A DNA stretch of 64,000 nt from Phaeosaccion multiseriatum (Eukaryota > Protista > Ochrophyta, other classes), in NCBI GenBank assembly GCA_965112735.1, contig OZ218951.1:186001-250000 (forward strand), given 5' to 3'. The notes under the pieces are model-generated. The model was given only the letters and a program-made list of their open reading frames with translations. It did not search any database and had not been told where the DNA came from. This document shows, piece by piece, positions 12,705-24,588 of the stretch. The position numbers were made by a program, and so were the translations under genes. Within the stretch, counting starts at the first letter, position 1; each line of letters begins with the position of its first letter.

Positions 12705-13559
12705 TGCAGGCGCAGCGCTGATGACGGGGGTTCAACGCTGCAGACTTCTCAGTGAGGGACACTTGGGGGGGGGCTGTTGTATCACCAACCTGCTGCTGCT
12801 GCTGCTGCTGCTGCTGCTTCTCCAGTTGCAGCTACAATCGCCTCCGTCAAAGGAGAAGGGGGACAGTGTTACACGGGGCTCAGATCGCGTCCGCTACAAG
12901 AAGAGAAGAGAAGAGGGAGACGGGGTGAAGTGGGACGGGGGGGAAACTTGTTGGCTCTCCAAAATAGCCATCTGTGCTTGCGTTGCCTGGGTGAGCGCCC
13001 CCGGCCGCCCCTCCACTTCCATCATTATTACAAAGAAGATACGCGTCTATTTAGGACTACTAAATAACTGACGAAGAAGCATGCGTAGGCGCCTGCCGTG
13101 CAAGCCCTTCCAAGAGCCACACAATAGAGAGAGAGTTTTGGTCCTTGCCAAGACCCAAGCCAAGGAAAAAAAGCGCTGCCTTTCATCTTTTTTCCCGCCC
13201 AGGTCCTTGCTCCATGTGGCCTCCAGCCTCTCCACCCTCGCCTGCGTGCATCAGACCAGGCCATGGAGCACTCCCCTCCAAGGGGAAGAGACGCCCAGAG
13301 CGGCGTGTGCTCCTTGGTGTGCTGGCCCAATCTCACAGCCAATGAATGCTTTGTGGCCGATAAACAGAGTGCGAGGCACGCTCTATCCTCGGCCCCGTGG
13401 CAAGGGCCTCTATGTATAGGGCGTCTATATATGCATATGTATTCGTGCATTCTGGAGGCGCGTCCGGCGCAACGAGAAGGAGAGCTGCCGACTGCTGACT
13501 GCCCACTGACAGCTGGCGACTGCCGACTGTCAACCAAGTACCAATTGTCAAAGTGCAGC

Positions 13560-14243
13560 TCACTTCTTCTTCAGGAACTTCTTGCAGTCGGCTTTGCAGC
13601 CTGGGAAGCACTCTCCCCGAGTCTGCTGCTGCTCGCCTTTGGCCTGGCAGAAGGGTGGCGGGGGGGGGTGGGACAAGGAGGGAGGCGGTCGCGGCGGAGA
13701 CGCAATGAGGAGGAGGAGGAGGGGGCGGGGGGTTTACATACCCCATCAGGAGGGGGAGGAACGAATGGACGAAAGCCCTCAGCCCTCACCTTCGTGCAGA
13801 AGTAGAGGCATTCGCTGAGGCAGTTGACGTAGTTGGGGTCGTCCTTGGTACCCAATAGCGCTGGGTCTACATTCTTAATCTCCTTGGGGGCCGCCCACAC
13901 GGCGCCCCCCATGCCCACTGCGCCTGCAGAGCACGTACCGACCGCAACATCAATGACATGGGGGTAGGGCAGGGTGGGGTTAGCACAGCTTCAGAATGGA
14001 AGAACCGAGTAGGGCCACCATCGGGTATCCATCCGCGCCAGCCCTCCCTCGTTGAAGGGAGCCTGCCCCCACCCACACGCACGTACCGGTCAACCCCGCT
14101 ACTCCGCTTAAAAATGCGCGCCGGCTGCTGCTTCCGCCGCTACTCGCACTCATGCTCATGTCGCTGCTGCTACTCCTCGCCTCAGTTGCTGCTCGGACAG
14201 GCGTCGTCGGCCGCCTCACTGCCGGTGTGGAGAGGGAGGCATG

Positions 14244-14292
<49 letters not shown>

Positions 14293-14605
14293 AAGAAAAC
14301 TAAAGCACTTTTCCTGATGGCATGGAGTCAAGATAGCCCGGACCATCACAGTCGCGGCCTGGTCTTCACGTCTGCGGGAAGCCTTCTTTTCATTTCTTTC
14401 CCTCTCTAACCCACTTCTTTCGGAGGGAGGGCGAGATGCGACGCGAGAGGCATGTCCATGCTCACCTCAAGGAAGAGACAACCCCAAAAGTGTTTAATAA
14501 GGAGGAAGAGTACTTACCGGCAACGGAGGGAGAGAAGGCCCAGCCAATTGCCACGGCTGCCCAGCATACAACCGCCAGCAGCGCCAGCGGGGACAGTTGC
14601 GCCAT
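13560..14605 (-). CDS. Small cysteine-rich thylakoid-lumen protein of unknown function, 4 exons
   Basis: Signal MAQLSPLALLAVVCWAAVAIGWA|FSP, a Ser-rich transit peptide and Tat motif SRRAFLSG...AVWA. Mature APKEIKNVDPALLGTKDDPNYVNCLSECLYFCTKAKGEQQQTRGECFPGCKADCKKFLKKK. Confidence 0.8.
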
Positions 14606-15039
14606 CCTAAAGGGGAGAGAGGAGAAAGAGAGAGAGAGCAAACAACGATGCAATCGCTTTCCGTCGCAGAGCTGAGGGAATGGGGGAGCAAAGACCAAGG
14701 AGGGGGGGGTACACGGGAAGGGGAGGGTGCGAAAGGACAGCAAGGCAGCAGCGGGGGACAGGAGTGAGTTCAGAGAGGATGAAGAGAAGATATGGAAGGA
14801 AGGAAGAAGAAGCAAAGAGCGGGCTTCAGAGGAAGCAAAACTCGCATGGAGTAAGGGACTACTCCCCGCCATTTTTGTTTGTTGTTTTTGTCTTACTTGT
14901 TGTGTGTGTTGTGTGGAATGAAAAAATGAAAATGCATTACAACATGCTCAAAGGAAGGGCTGTATGTCGATTTGCTCGATTTTAGATCGAGGTGGCCGAA
15001 ATCAAATTGTGTAACTGTAAGCGTCCCGTCCCCCCCATA

Positions 15040-16411
15040 ATGTCGCTCAAGTACGACGAGAACATGTTCGAGGTCAGGGTGCCCCCTCCCCCCTCCCTGG
15101 CGGACCCGCCGTACGCCCAGGAGAGGAGGCCGGCTCCTGGTTTTGCGGGAGACATCGAGGACGAAGATACCGAGGCGGCAGGGGGTCCATGTGATGTTGG
15201 GGATCTAGGTGGCAGCAGCACGGATCCTTTCCCGCTCCTCAAGAAAGAGGACCCACCTCAAGAGGGGGAGTCTTTCACCTCTCCGTTGGCGCTCTTCTCA
15301 TTGGGACCACATTCACTTTCTACGGCGGCAGGGACATCACAGCAAGTCCAAGGCCCCATCGACGACGAGGAGGGAGGAGTAGGCCTGCAGCCCCCCCCGC
15401 AGCCCCTCGGGTTCCAGGAGCTCTCTGTGAAGATGGGGGAGCACGAAGGCGAGGTGCAGCAGGCCATGTCACATCTCAAGGTGAGATGGCTGAGAGGGGG
15501 TTTAGACGCTACTTTTGGTTGCACCCGTGCTGGCCTTCGAAAGTACCTTGCATTCCCCTCCGCCATCTCGCCGCCCTTTTCTCGCCGTTTTACTGATGCG
15601 GTGCGTCTTCTCCCCCTTCTCCTCATCCTCCCAGACGCTGAGGACACGGGGAGATATATCCGCCGACGAATTCCAGCACCGCGAGACTTTCATCTCCTCC
15701 TACGCAGCCATGAAGGAGTCAAGGCTCACTGGCGAGAGCGGCGGGGTCATGGAGGAAGGCGGCCTGCTCGACGGCGATGACGACGACGGCAGTGGTCGAG
15801 GCCAGGGAGGGAATGGAGAAGGGGGGCCTCTCGCGCTGAGGTCCTCCGCAGAGTACAGCGCCCTCGTGAAGGAGTACCTGCACTGCCTGGGGGGGGGGCT
15901 CAGCCTGGCCAAGCAGACCATGGGCCCCCTCGGCTCGTATGTGTTGCACCTGGCGTCCACTGTGACCGCAGCCGTGTTCTCAGGAGGGGGCTGGGGAGGC
16001 GCCGGGGAGGAGGGTGGCGACGACGCGTACCACCCGTACCACCAACAGGATGGAGGGAGGGGGGCGCGGCCACGGAGGAGGACGATGGCGGAGGCCGACC
16101 TGGAGGGAGGGGACGACGCGGAGGAGGGGACGGGAGAGGCGGTCCTTGGAGGAGCTGGGCACGCGTCTGCACCATTCGTAGAGGGTGGGTGGGATACGTC
16201 AACAGAGGTAATAGGGGCAGGGGCAGAAACAGGGGCAGGCTTCAGTCTGTCTGCTGCAAAGCGACGTGTGATGGAGCTGTGCCGTGGCGCCCCTTCCCTG
16301 CCCACTCGGCACGACCAGCCCCTCCCTGCCTTTGGCGGCTCCTCCTCTTTCAGGGACGTCCCGCTGTACCAAGCGGGGGGGCAGGAGGGCGGCGACGAGA
16401 CGGCATTTTGA
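15040..16411 (+). CDS. Hypothetical protein (2 exons) with a short SHOCT-like helical segment
   Basis: Exon 1 15040-15480 (AAG|GTGAGA) joins exon 2 15635-16411 in frame. The segment AMSHLKTLRTRGDISADEFQHR fits the SHOCT-like pattern; the rest is acidic/Gly-rich. Confidence 0.65.
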
Positions 16412-17126
16412 GTCGCGGAGGGGATGCCCCACCCCTGTTTCCTACAGTACTCCCTCGGCCCCCTTCTGAACCATATAGAGGCGCCAGGGCCACTGCTTGC
16501 CCTCGCTCGTCCCGAGAAGGACTGAGGAGGAGAGAGAAACTCCTCTCTCGAGGCCTCACTCACCCGCGGCGGCGATGGAGAGAGCCACACCCCCACAATG
16601 AAGGAGGGCAGCGCTCCTGTGTGGCCTGCGCACAACAGAGATGGGCTGAATGACCGCTAGATGAACACAGCCTTGAGAAAGAGAAGAGAAAACCAACTCT
16701 ATTTTCAACATCTATCGTATCTATGCATAAAACAAATTAAAATCAAACATGGGGTCTCATGCCGTGAGTGCAGCGGCCGGCCCTCCCTCTATCCGTCACG
16801 GAGAGAGCGAGACGAGAAGGACCTCCCCGTCTCCCCCCCGCCTGACCGGCCGTTCTGCTCCCCTCTCGTCTGCAATGTCTCTTCCTACCGCCTCTCTGGG
16901 CTCCATGCTTCGCCCCCCGCGACGGCACTTGTCCTCATCTAGTGCCATCTCTCCCGACGATCTTTTAATGACCAACGCCCCCCGGGAGGAGACCTGCCGT
17001 AAACTAAGCCCCTTGTATAACTCCTTGCGCGCCCCTCGCTCGTCGTCTCCTCTCTACCGCAGCGCCGAGGGGCCTCACTTGACGTCAGTCACTTGCTTGG
17101 ACTTGGCACCTCACTCCTCGCCCCTC

Positions 17127-19334
17127 TTAGGTGTCGCTCCTGATTTGTTGGCTGACAGCTTGGCACTCCTCAGACGTCTGACTCAGGATGTAGTTGTAGT
17201 TCCTCTCAAATTCGGGCAGCGATCTGAGTACGAGAGGAGGACAGCACGTGCGAAAAACGAGTCAAGAGCTGAAACCCGATGGCAACCTACAGCCAGGTTG
17301 AAAGGACCAAACTGAAATGCAATGCGTTACGTGTACGTACTTGAGCTCGAGTTTGCTCCCGTCCTTAAGCTCCAGCACCACGTCACCGCAGCGGCCAAAG
17401 AAGCGGTACACATACACCATTCGCCTGAACAAGGCATATGGGAAAAGTTATGTGCGAGGGATCTGTGAGGAACGGGCGAGGGGGGCACACTGCGAGAGGG
17501 GTCCTCGCCCTCCCACACAATTCAATGCCCTGCCCTGCCCTGCAATGACGTACTTGATCTCCGGGTAAACAATTTCGGAAAACTCGTTTCCGCCGAAGCC
17601 GCTGACGATGCTGATGCGCCTGCTGGTGATGGTGTACGTCACCCACACCTGACGAGCAATAGCGGCCGCGAAGGGCACAATACCTGCGACGGGGGTTAGG
17701 ACCAGGGGGGGGGGGGTTGAAGGTCAGGACCAAAGGGCTTCAAGGGGGGGGGGGGGGGTGAGGGTCAGCACGAAATGGCCAAGACTCAAAGGCCCAAGGG
17801 GGGTGGGGAGGCGCAGCACACACACACGGAGGTACACAACGCGTACGTGTCGAGGCTGCGAGGAGCACATTGAGGGAGGAGGGTCCGGCTCTTGGGGCAA
17901 TTCGAGCCTTTGGAGATGGCCACAGTACACGCGGGGCCGCCACTGATCCATCACGACCAAGCACCTATGGCCAGAGCTCAGAGGGAAAGGCCCATCTGTG
18001 CAACGCTCTCTTTGCCAACTTACCGAGGATGGTGATGATAGAAACGGCGGGAATGAATGTCTCGCTCACGTCAGGCTTGCCCTCCCAAAACGTCTCCTCG
18101 GGCGCCAGCGAAATCTGCAGAGGGACGACACCACCAGCACCACCAGCACCAGCACCACCACCAGCAGCAGCAGAGCAGCAGCAGGAAGACACGCAGGCAG
18201 GCCCGGGTTAGGACTGCTTCGAGAGGATAGACGAAAGACGCTGAGACGAAGGGCCCTTTCACAAGGAACCATATGCCCGGCCGCCCTTGTCGCCCCTCAC
18301 CTTGCTGGTGTCGCCCCTCTTCCCCTCGGTGGCCTCCTTCTTCTCCCTCTTGGCTCCAGTGCGCTGCACCTCCTCCCCGTCCGCGTCCAGGAGACCCTCC
18401 TCCAACGTCGACTGGGGAGGGAGCGCAAAGCGTGCATACACACACAGGTAAAGAGAGAGAGTGAGGAGAGTGAGAGGGGAGAGAAGGAGGGTGTGTGCAT
18501 ACACACACAAACTGTGTCCTTTCCCCCCTCTGCTGCCATCCCACTGCGCCATAGTGCAAGTCTCCAACTCTTGAGCCTGACCTTGCCGAACATGGTGACT
18601 CCGGAGGGCCGCACTGACAGAGATGGTGTCCTCGCCGGTGCCGAGCAAGAGGAAGCTATCTGTGGTTGGTTTGCTACAGCACGAGGGCATCGTACACTAG
18701 CTGCTTACCGCAAGAAGCATCGCGGGAAGGGGATGCCACCAGCAGTAGACAGCGGAGAAGGGGTAGAACGGGGCAAGCAGGGAAGCAGAGACTGGTTTAG
18801 AGTCGAGGACGCGAGCCAGTGGGAAGGAGCCAGCCAGAGGGGAAAGAAGGAGCATGGGTCGCTCGAAAAGAAATCGCCTCTCCTTCCTGCTCCCCCGTGG
18901 CCTCGCCTCTCTGTACGACTCCAAAAACGCCACTAGTTCTCGAGTACATGGGCTCACAGGCCATCAGTCCTCCAAGCAGAGCAGCCTGTCTACGTCAAGC
19001 CGAGCTGACGAAGCGGAGGGCCTCGTCAGTGGGAGGTGACTCCCTCAGTGGGAGATGACTCCCCCTGCAATGATTACTCCCAGATTGAACACTCTCGTAG
19101 AGGGGTTCCTCGGAGGTACCCAGCACCTGATTACACCCCTCAGAACACTCGCGCAGGCCCACCGCTCCCCTCTCTCTCTTTGCTCAACCTTTCCTTGCCA
19201 CGTACTACTTTAAACCCATTGGGCTTCGCTTTGCAAGCCCCTGCCTCGCACGAACCTGATGGAACGAAGGCCACCGCAACCCGAGCGAGGCTCAGGACCC
19301 CGACAAGGAGCAGTACCCATAATTGTTGAGCCAT
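17127..19334 (-). CDS. Plastid-targeted membrane protein with cyanobacterial-type bacterial PH (bPH_2) domain
   Basis: Signal MAQQLWVLLLVGVLSLARVAVA|FVP. Core EETFWEGKP...SIITILGIVPFAAAIARQVWVTYTITSRRISIVSGFGG...EIVYPEI...GDVVLELKDGSKLELKSLPEFERNYNYI. Transit-peptide exons are uncertain. Confidence 0.78.
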
Positions 19335-19520
19335 CGTGGAGAAGCAGAGTTGGAGATGAAGGAGGAGATGAAAAAAAACTATTTCACCTTTGGTTGCTAA
19401 AAGATACCAAACCCAGGGGGTCGCGACGCCTTGCTCGAACGAGGAGGGAAAAGACACACAGCTCCAGCTACTGAACAACCACAGCCTACGGAGGAAGAGG
19501 GACCAATAGAGCGTAGTTCA

Positions 19521-20165
19521 ATGTCTAAACCCGCAGCAGCAGCAGCAGGAGGAGGAGGAGGAGGGGGGGGCAAGCAGCACCAGGAGAACGTGCTGAACCT
19601 GGAGAAGTACCTCGACCAAGGCGTGCGAGTCAAATTCCAGGGAGGGAGGGAGGTGTCGGGCACGCTCAAGGGATACGATCAGCTCGTCAATCTCGTGCTG
19701 GACGGCTGCGTGGAGACTCTCAGAGGTGAGTGGGCAGAGGGCGGTGGGTGGTGCTGTGCCGAGTGAGGCTCGGGAGTAGCAGGTGTATCTTATGGAAGGT
19801 GAGGGCAAGCAGTGGAGAGATTACTGGGTGTTGCTGCTCCTGCTACTGCTGAGAGTGCTGGGAAGTGTATGGTTAGGAGCCTTGCTAAGGTCGCCCTGGG
19901 AGGCAGCGAAAGCAGAGAAGTTAAGGCCAGCCTGCGCCCAACGCTCCCCCTTCTTTGATGTTGGTCTGCCCGCCATTGACCTCCATCCTCTCCTCTCACA
20001 CCCCTGACACTGTTGCACACAGACCCCAGCGACCCCTACCGTATGACGGACGAGACGCGCACCCTTGGTCTGGTGGTGTGCAGAGGGACGCAAGTGAGCC
20101 TCATAAGCCCGCTGGACGGCATGGAGGAGATCGAGAACCCCTTCACCGCCGGGCAAGAAGGTTGA
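19521..20165 (+). CDS. LSM7: U6 snRNA-associated Sm-like protein LSm7, 2 exons
   Basis: ENVLNLEKYLDQGVRVKFQGGREVSGTLKGYDQLVNLVLD...LR|DPSDPYRMTDETRTLGLVVCRGTQVSLISPLDGMEEIENPF; intron ~19726-20022. Confidence 0.97.
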
Positions 20166-20420
20166 GGACGAGGAGAGTCTGGCGCAGGACGGGAATTCCG
20201 CTTCTGTGCTACCTTTGGAGTGCTCGGCGATGGATTGCTGCAGCGGTGGGGGGGGGCTTCGGTCTGTGTGTCCGCCTCCCCGCCCCTGCAGAGCCACTGC
20301 CGCCCACGGGGAGGGAGGCCACGCTCGCGCGCTCGAGGCTCCTGAAGGGGAGGCCCAGAGTAGGCAGGCAATTGCTGGTTCTACCTACCACCCTGCCGCC
20401 ACATTCGTCTGCTCTCCCTC

Positions 20421-20864
20421 ACGGCCGTGAGGGTGGACAGCCCGTCCGCTGTGCTGGACACAAGGGGCCCGGGATGGTGGACCTTAAGCACAAGAGATGC
20501 CAGCACGAAGGGTGTCAGGCAGCGTCCTCTTACGGCCGTGAGGGTGGACCGCGCGTCCGCTGTGCTGGACACAAGGGGCCCGGGATGGTGTGCTATAAGA
20601 AAAGAAGGTTGTCATGAACCACCTTCGACATGTCGTCAGCGTCTTACGCATCCATGTAGAAGGTGGTTCATGACAACTTTCTTTTCTTGTAGCACACCAT
20701 CCCGGGCCCCTTGTGTCCAGCACAGCGGACGCGCGGTCCACCCTCACGGCCGTAAGAGGACGCTGCCTGACACCCTTCGTGCTGGCATCTCTTGTGCTTA
20801 AGGTCCACCATCCCGGACCCCTGGTGTCCAGCACAGCGGACGGGCTGTCCACCCTCACGGCCGT
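20421..20864. repeat. Long inverted repeat: 212-bp arms (20421-20632 / 20653-20864) with a 20-nt loop
   Basis: Arms align without indels; ~5 mismatches by eye. Confidence 0.95.
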
Positions 20865-21051
20865 AAGAGGGGTGTTTCCGACACCCTTCGTGCTGGCATC
20901 TCCTGGCCGGGGAGGCGCTGGTTTCAGACGGCGAACAGGCGCCATAACAGCAAAAGGAGCAGCAGCTGCGTCTCAGCAGATGACGTGTCGGGGGCTGAAA
21001 GTGAACATGAACCCACTGTTGCTGGTGCCTTGGGCACAGAACACAAGGCAC
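20668..21051 (-). CDS. EsV-1-7 cysteine-rich repeat protein (two repeats); 5' end unclear, possibly a pseudogene
   Basis: CQHEGCRKHPSYGREGGQPVRCAGHQGSGMVDLKHKRCQHEGCQAASSYGREGGPRVRCAGHKGPGMV matches the EsV-1-7 motif C-x4-C...C-x2-H...GMVD. No in-frame ATG was found upstream of the repeats. Confidence 0.7.
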   Translation of the reverse strand: MPCVLCPRHQQQWVHVHFQPPTRHLLRRSCCSFCCYGACSPSETSASPARRCQHEGCRKHPSYGREGGQPVRCAGHQGSGMVDLKHKRCQHEGCQAASSYGREGGPRVRCAGHKGPGMVCYKKRKLS

Positions 21052-21564
21052 TCTCTCTCCTCCTTCTCTCCGGAGGGAAGCCGGAGGCGGCGGGACACGT
21101 TCGCTGGTGAGGGTGCGGCTTTGCTTTCCCTGAGGCTTGGAGCCCTAGCGGCACTCTGAGTCTGGAGCTGTGTCCGAAGCTTCCGAGTCTGAAGCTCTGG
21201 AGCCTTTCTATTTCTAGAGTCTCCAAGCCAGGGGGCTAGGAAAGTAGTGCGGGACTGCTCGCCCCGCTCTTCTGAAGGGTTATGAGAGTCATAAAGAGTG
21301 AAATGAAGGTTGTCGTCTCATCACAAGATGCTTGCTTATCCATCACCCTACGGTCCACTTCCCTCCCTTGATCCTCCCTTCCCGCCCACCTCTATCCTTT
21401 CCTTCTCCCTCTCCCACTATGACGTCCTCTCATCTTATCACTCACCTCACCTACCTCGACAGAGCGCCAATGCCGATTGAGTCGACATGAAAACTCGCAG
21501 AGGTCGAAACCTCCTCCAAAAAATCGACCTTGTTAAAGCTCCTCATCTTCCCCTCTCTTATAGG

Positions 21565-23766
21565 ATGGGGCCTGTGTTCCTCTTCCTCGTCGTCCTCAGC
21601 TTCCTCGCCATCGGATGGAGCGCCGGACAGCACCTTCCGCTCCCTCCACTGCCTTGTAAGCTCTCCTTTTTTTTCTTTTTCCTTCTCCACTTTCTCCTTT
21701 TAATTCAATCTTTCTCCCCTTTCAGACGAGTACAACGCCCTGGAGCCTTTCATCAGCGAGGCGGCTCTCCGTAGACACCATCTCGTGCATCACAAGGTAA
21801 AGACTCTCTCTTTTTCACCGCTGTTTAGCACGATCGCCTCTGAACACCTCGTTCCCCCCGCTGTGTGTTCAGGCGTATGCAGACAAGCTCAATGACACGT
21901 TGGAGGCAATGCGCTGGAACGAGGTAAGACAAGAGGAGTGGTGGGCTGTATCCGTCCAAGAGCAGAGCAGATGCTTATTTTCTCCCCCCCCCCCCCAATT
22001 ATATTTGTCGGGGTGTTGTCCTGTCTTATCGGAGCAGGACCTCAAGCACCTCCCAAAGATGGGCATCGACAAGCTGCTGCAGGAGCCCAACCTCGCCCAA
22101 GTCCCCGACGAGTACCGCTTGACCATCAGGCAAGACACAATGCCCGGTCCGGTCCACCGCACTCCCTACCTGACTCTACTCCCCTCTCTCCGTCTCCGTC
22201 CTCCCCCCCCACTTCCTTCCTCGCTGCAAACTCTACTCCAGGAACGCGGGGGGCGGCTTTGTGAACCATGCTCTGTTCTGGCGCTGCCTGGCCCCGTCGG
22301 CGAGCGGCAGCCCCAGCAACAGGTGGGTATTATTATTTTATGTGGGGGGTTGTGTGTCCGCCCCCGGCAGTGCGTGTGCCGTGGCCACTGCCAGAAACCA
22401 CGGCTGCTAGTCGCTCCCTCGGGGCCATCGGGGCCACAGTGATTTCCCTTCGAGAGCCGATCCGCCGACTGTCTGTCTCGTTGTTGTTGCTTGTCCTTAC
22501 TTGCGGCGCTTCCTGTCCCCTCTCTGTGCCTGGCCCCTCTGTACAGTACCGAGGAGGGGAAGAGGCTCACCTTGGCGCTGTCGGAGGCATTCGGCAGCGT
22601 GGAGGCCTTCAAACAAGCCTTTACGGACAAGGCCCTGCAACTCTTCGGTGCGTGGGTTGGTGTGCGTATGTGTGTGGGGATGTGGGAGTGGGAGTGTGTG
22701 GGTATGTGTGGGTTGGAAAGGACGCAGAGCTGGTCCTGGACAGGACCACATCCCGACTCGGAGTTTCAGAGTACCATACCAGATCGGAACCCCTCAGATC
22801 CTCAAGCGGTTTCCAAGCCCCACGCCACTGCTCCACCTGGCGTGTTAACCCTACACTTCCACCCTAACCCCCTAATCACAGGCTCCGGGTGGGTATGGCT
22901 GGTGTACAACAACCGCAGACACCCCACAGGGCAGAGGGGGAAGGGTACTCTGGAGCTGGTCACCACAGGCAATCAGGACACCCCCGCCGCTGACGCCGCC
23001 GTCTTCCCCCTTCTGCTCGTGGACATGTGGGAACGTGAGTTGTGGGAGGGAGGGGGAGGAGGGAGGGAGGGAGGAAGGGAGGGAGGGCGGGAGGCAGGCA
23101 GGCAGGCAGGGAGGGAGCGAGGGAGGGGGGGCAGGGAGGGAGGGAGGGAGGGAGGGAGGGGGGCAGGGAGGGAGGGGGGCAGGGAGGGGAAGGAACGGAG
23201 GGAGAGAGGGAGAGAGGGAGAGACGGGGAGGAGCGAGGGAGAGAGGGGGAGGAGCGAGGGAGGGAGGGAGAGGGGAAGGAACGGCAGAAGGGAAGGAGGG
23301 AGGCGAGGGAGGAAGGGAGGGAGGAGGGAGGGAGGGAGGAGGGAAGGAAGGAAGGAAGGGAGGGAGGGAGGGAGGGAGGGAGGGAGAGGGGAAGGAACGG
23401 AGGGAGGGGGAGGTGCGAGGGAGCGAGGGAGAGGGGAAGGAACGGAGGGAGAGAGGGGGAGGAGGGAGAGGGGAAGGAACGGAGGGAGGGAAGGAGGGAG
23501 GGGAGGGAGGGAGGAGAGGGCTTGGCTTAAGTCCTGTGACCCTGACCCCCAATTCATTCCTTCACTGCTGCCTGTCTGTTGGCGACGCGGCAGATGCCTA
23601 CTACCTGGACTACCCGGAGGCGAGAGAGGAGTGGCTGACAGCCTTCTGGAAGCTCGTCAACTGGCAGGAGGTGGCCAACAATCTCAGCGTGGCCATCACC
23701 AAAGGCGTGGAGCAACACACAGAGGGGCTGGAGCGCGAGCATGCCGGCGCCGAGGGGGACCTCTGA
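21565..23766 (+). CDS. Fe/Mn-family superoxide dismutase (Mn-type signature) with N-terminal signal peptide, 8 exons
   Basis: [31 protein letters not shown]...RNAGGGFVNHALFW...FGSGWVWL...NQDTP...VDMWEHAYYLDY. All four metal ligands are present; GGG and NQD indicate the Mn type. One GC-AG intron (22130-22241). Confidence 0.93.
23044..23520 (+). repeat. Polypurine (GGGA/GGAA)n intronic tract
   Basis: Lies within the last SOD intron; potentially G4-forming. Confidence 0.9.
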
Positions 23767-24588
23767 TGTTCAAACTCAAACTCTCATTCAGGACCACCTC
23801 CTGCGCGGCTGGCGACGATGTGGAGTGAGCTGCGCCGGCTTCTCGGCTGGTCTATATCGTTCCTCTGTCCTCCCCCTCCTCCCACCCGGTCTGGCCTGAC
23901 CTGAGCATTTGCAGCCCTGCCAGCGCCGCTCAGCGCAGGAGCTGAGCTCGCCCCTCCAAAGCGTTGTGAATGTGTCACTCACAAGAGTGGACCTTGAGGC
24001 CGAGAAAGCGACGAGAACGTGTGGGCATAGGCATAGGCATAGGCATAGGCCTCTTCCTTTCTGCAGACTTTGAGCAGAGCTTCTGGCTGGCTCCTTTTCG
24101 CCGCCCCAGGCCTTGATGCATCTCAACGACGGCGGAGGTCGAGTGCTGGCTGGATAGAGACGCGGCACCCGCCGGGGGGGTGAGGTGCTACAGAAACACT
24201 TCATCGGCCCCATCCTCTTCTCTCGAGTGATGTGTGAGGAGCGGAGAGCCAGAGGTGTTGGTGCTACGGCGCAAGGGCAATGTGACTGTGAGTGTGCCAA
24301 GGCACACACGCTTGGCTTAGCTGCCTTGGCCTAAAGGGGCAACAGGAGCAAGAGACGGCCTCCAAGATACTTTTTGAGGCTATGATACTATTTATTTTAT
24401 TATAAAAATACATAAAATTCAAGTCTTATCAAAATATGAAAGGAAAAAGGAAAGGATTCTGTCTTCATTCCACCAGGCGTGAAGGCGTGAAGGTGCGAAG
24501 GAGTGCGTATCTCAGTAACAGTAGCATAGCAGTAAGAAGCCGCGGTAGGAATGGAGCAGTTGGTGAACCATCGGTCGTCGCCATCCGA

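Noticed and set aside
19955-20617. 220-aa plus-strand ORF ending in EsV-1-7 repeats
   Set aside because: It overlaps LSM7 intron/exon 2 out of frame. Only the end is protein-like, and that is explained by the inverted duplicate.
22872-23557. GRE-rich/PPSL-rich ORFs (also 25019-25346, 39105-39409, 41681-42360, 60163-60852)
   Set aside because: Microsatellite artefacts inside introns bounded by GT...AG.
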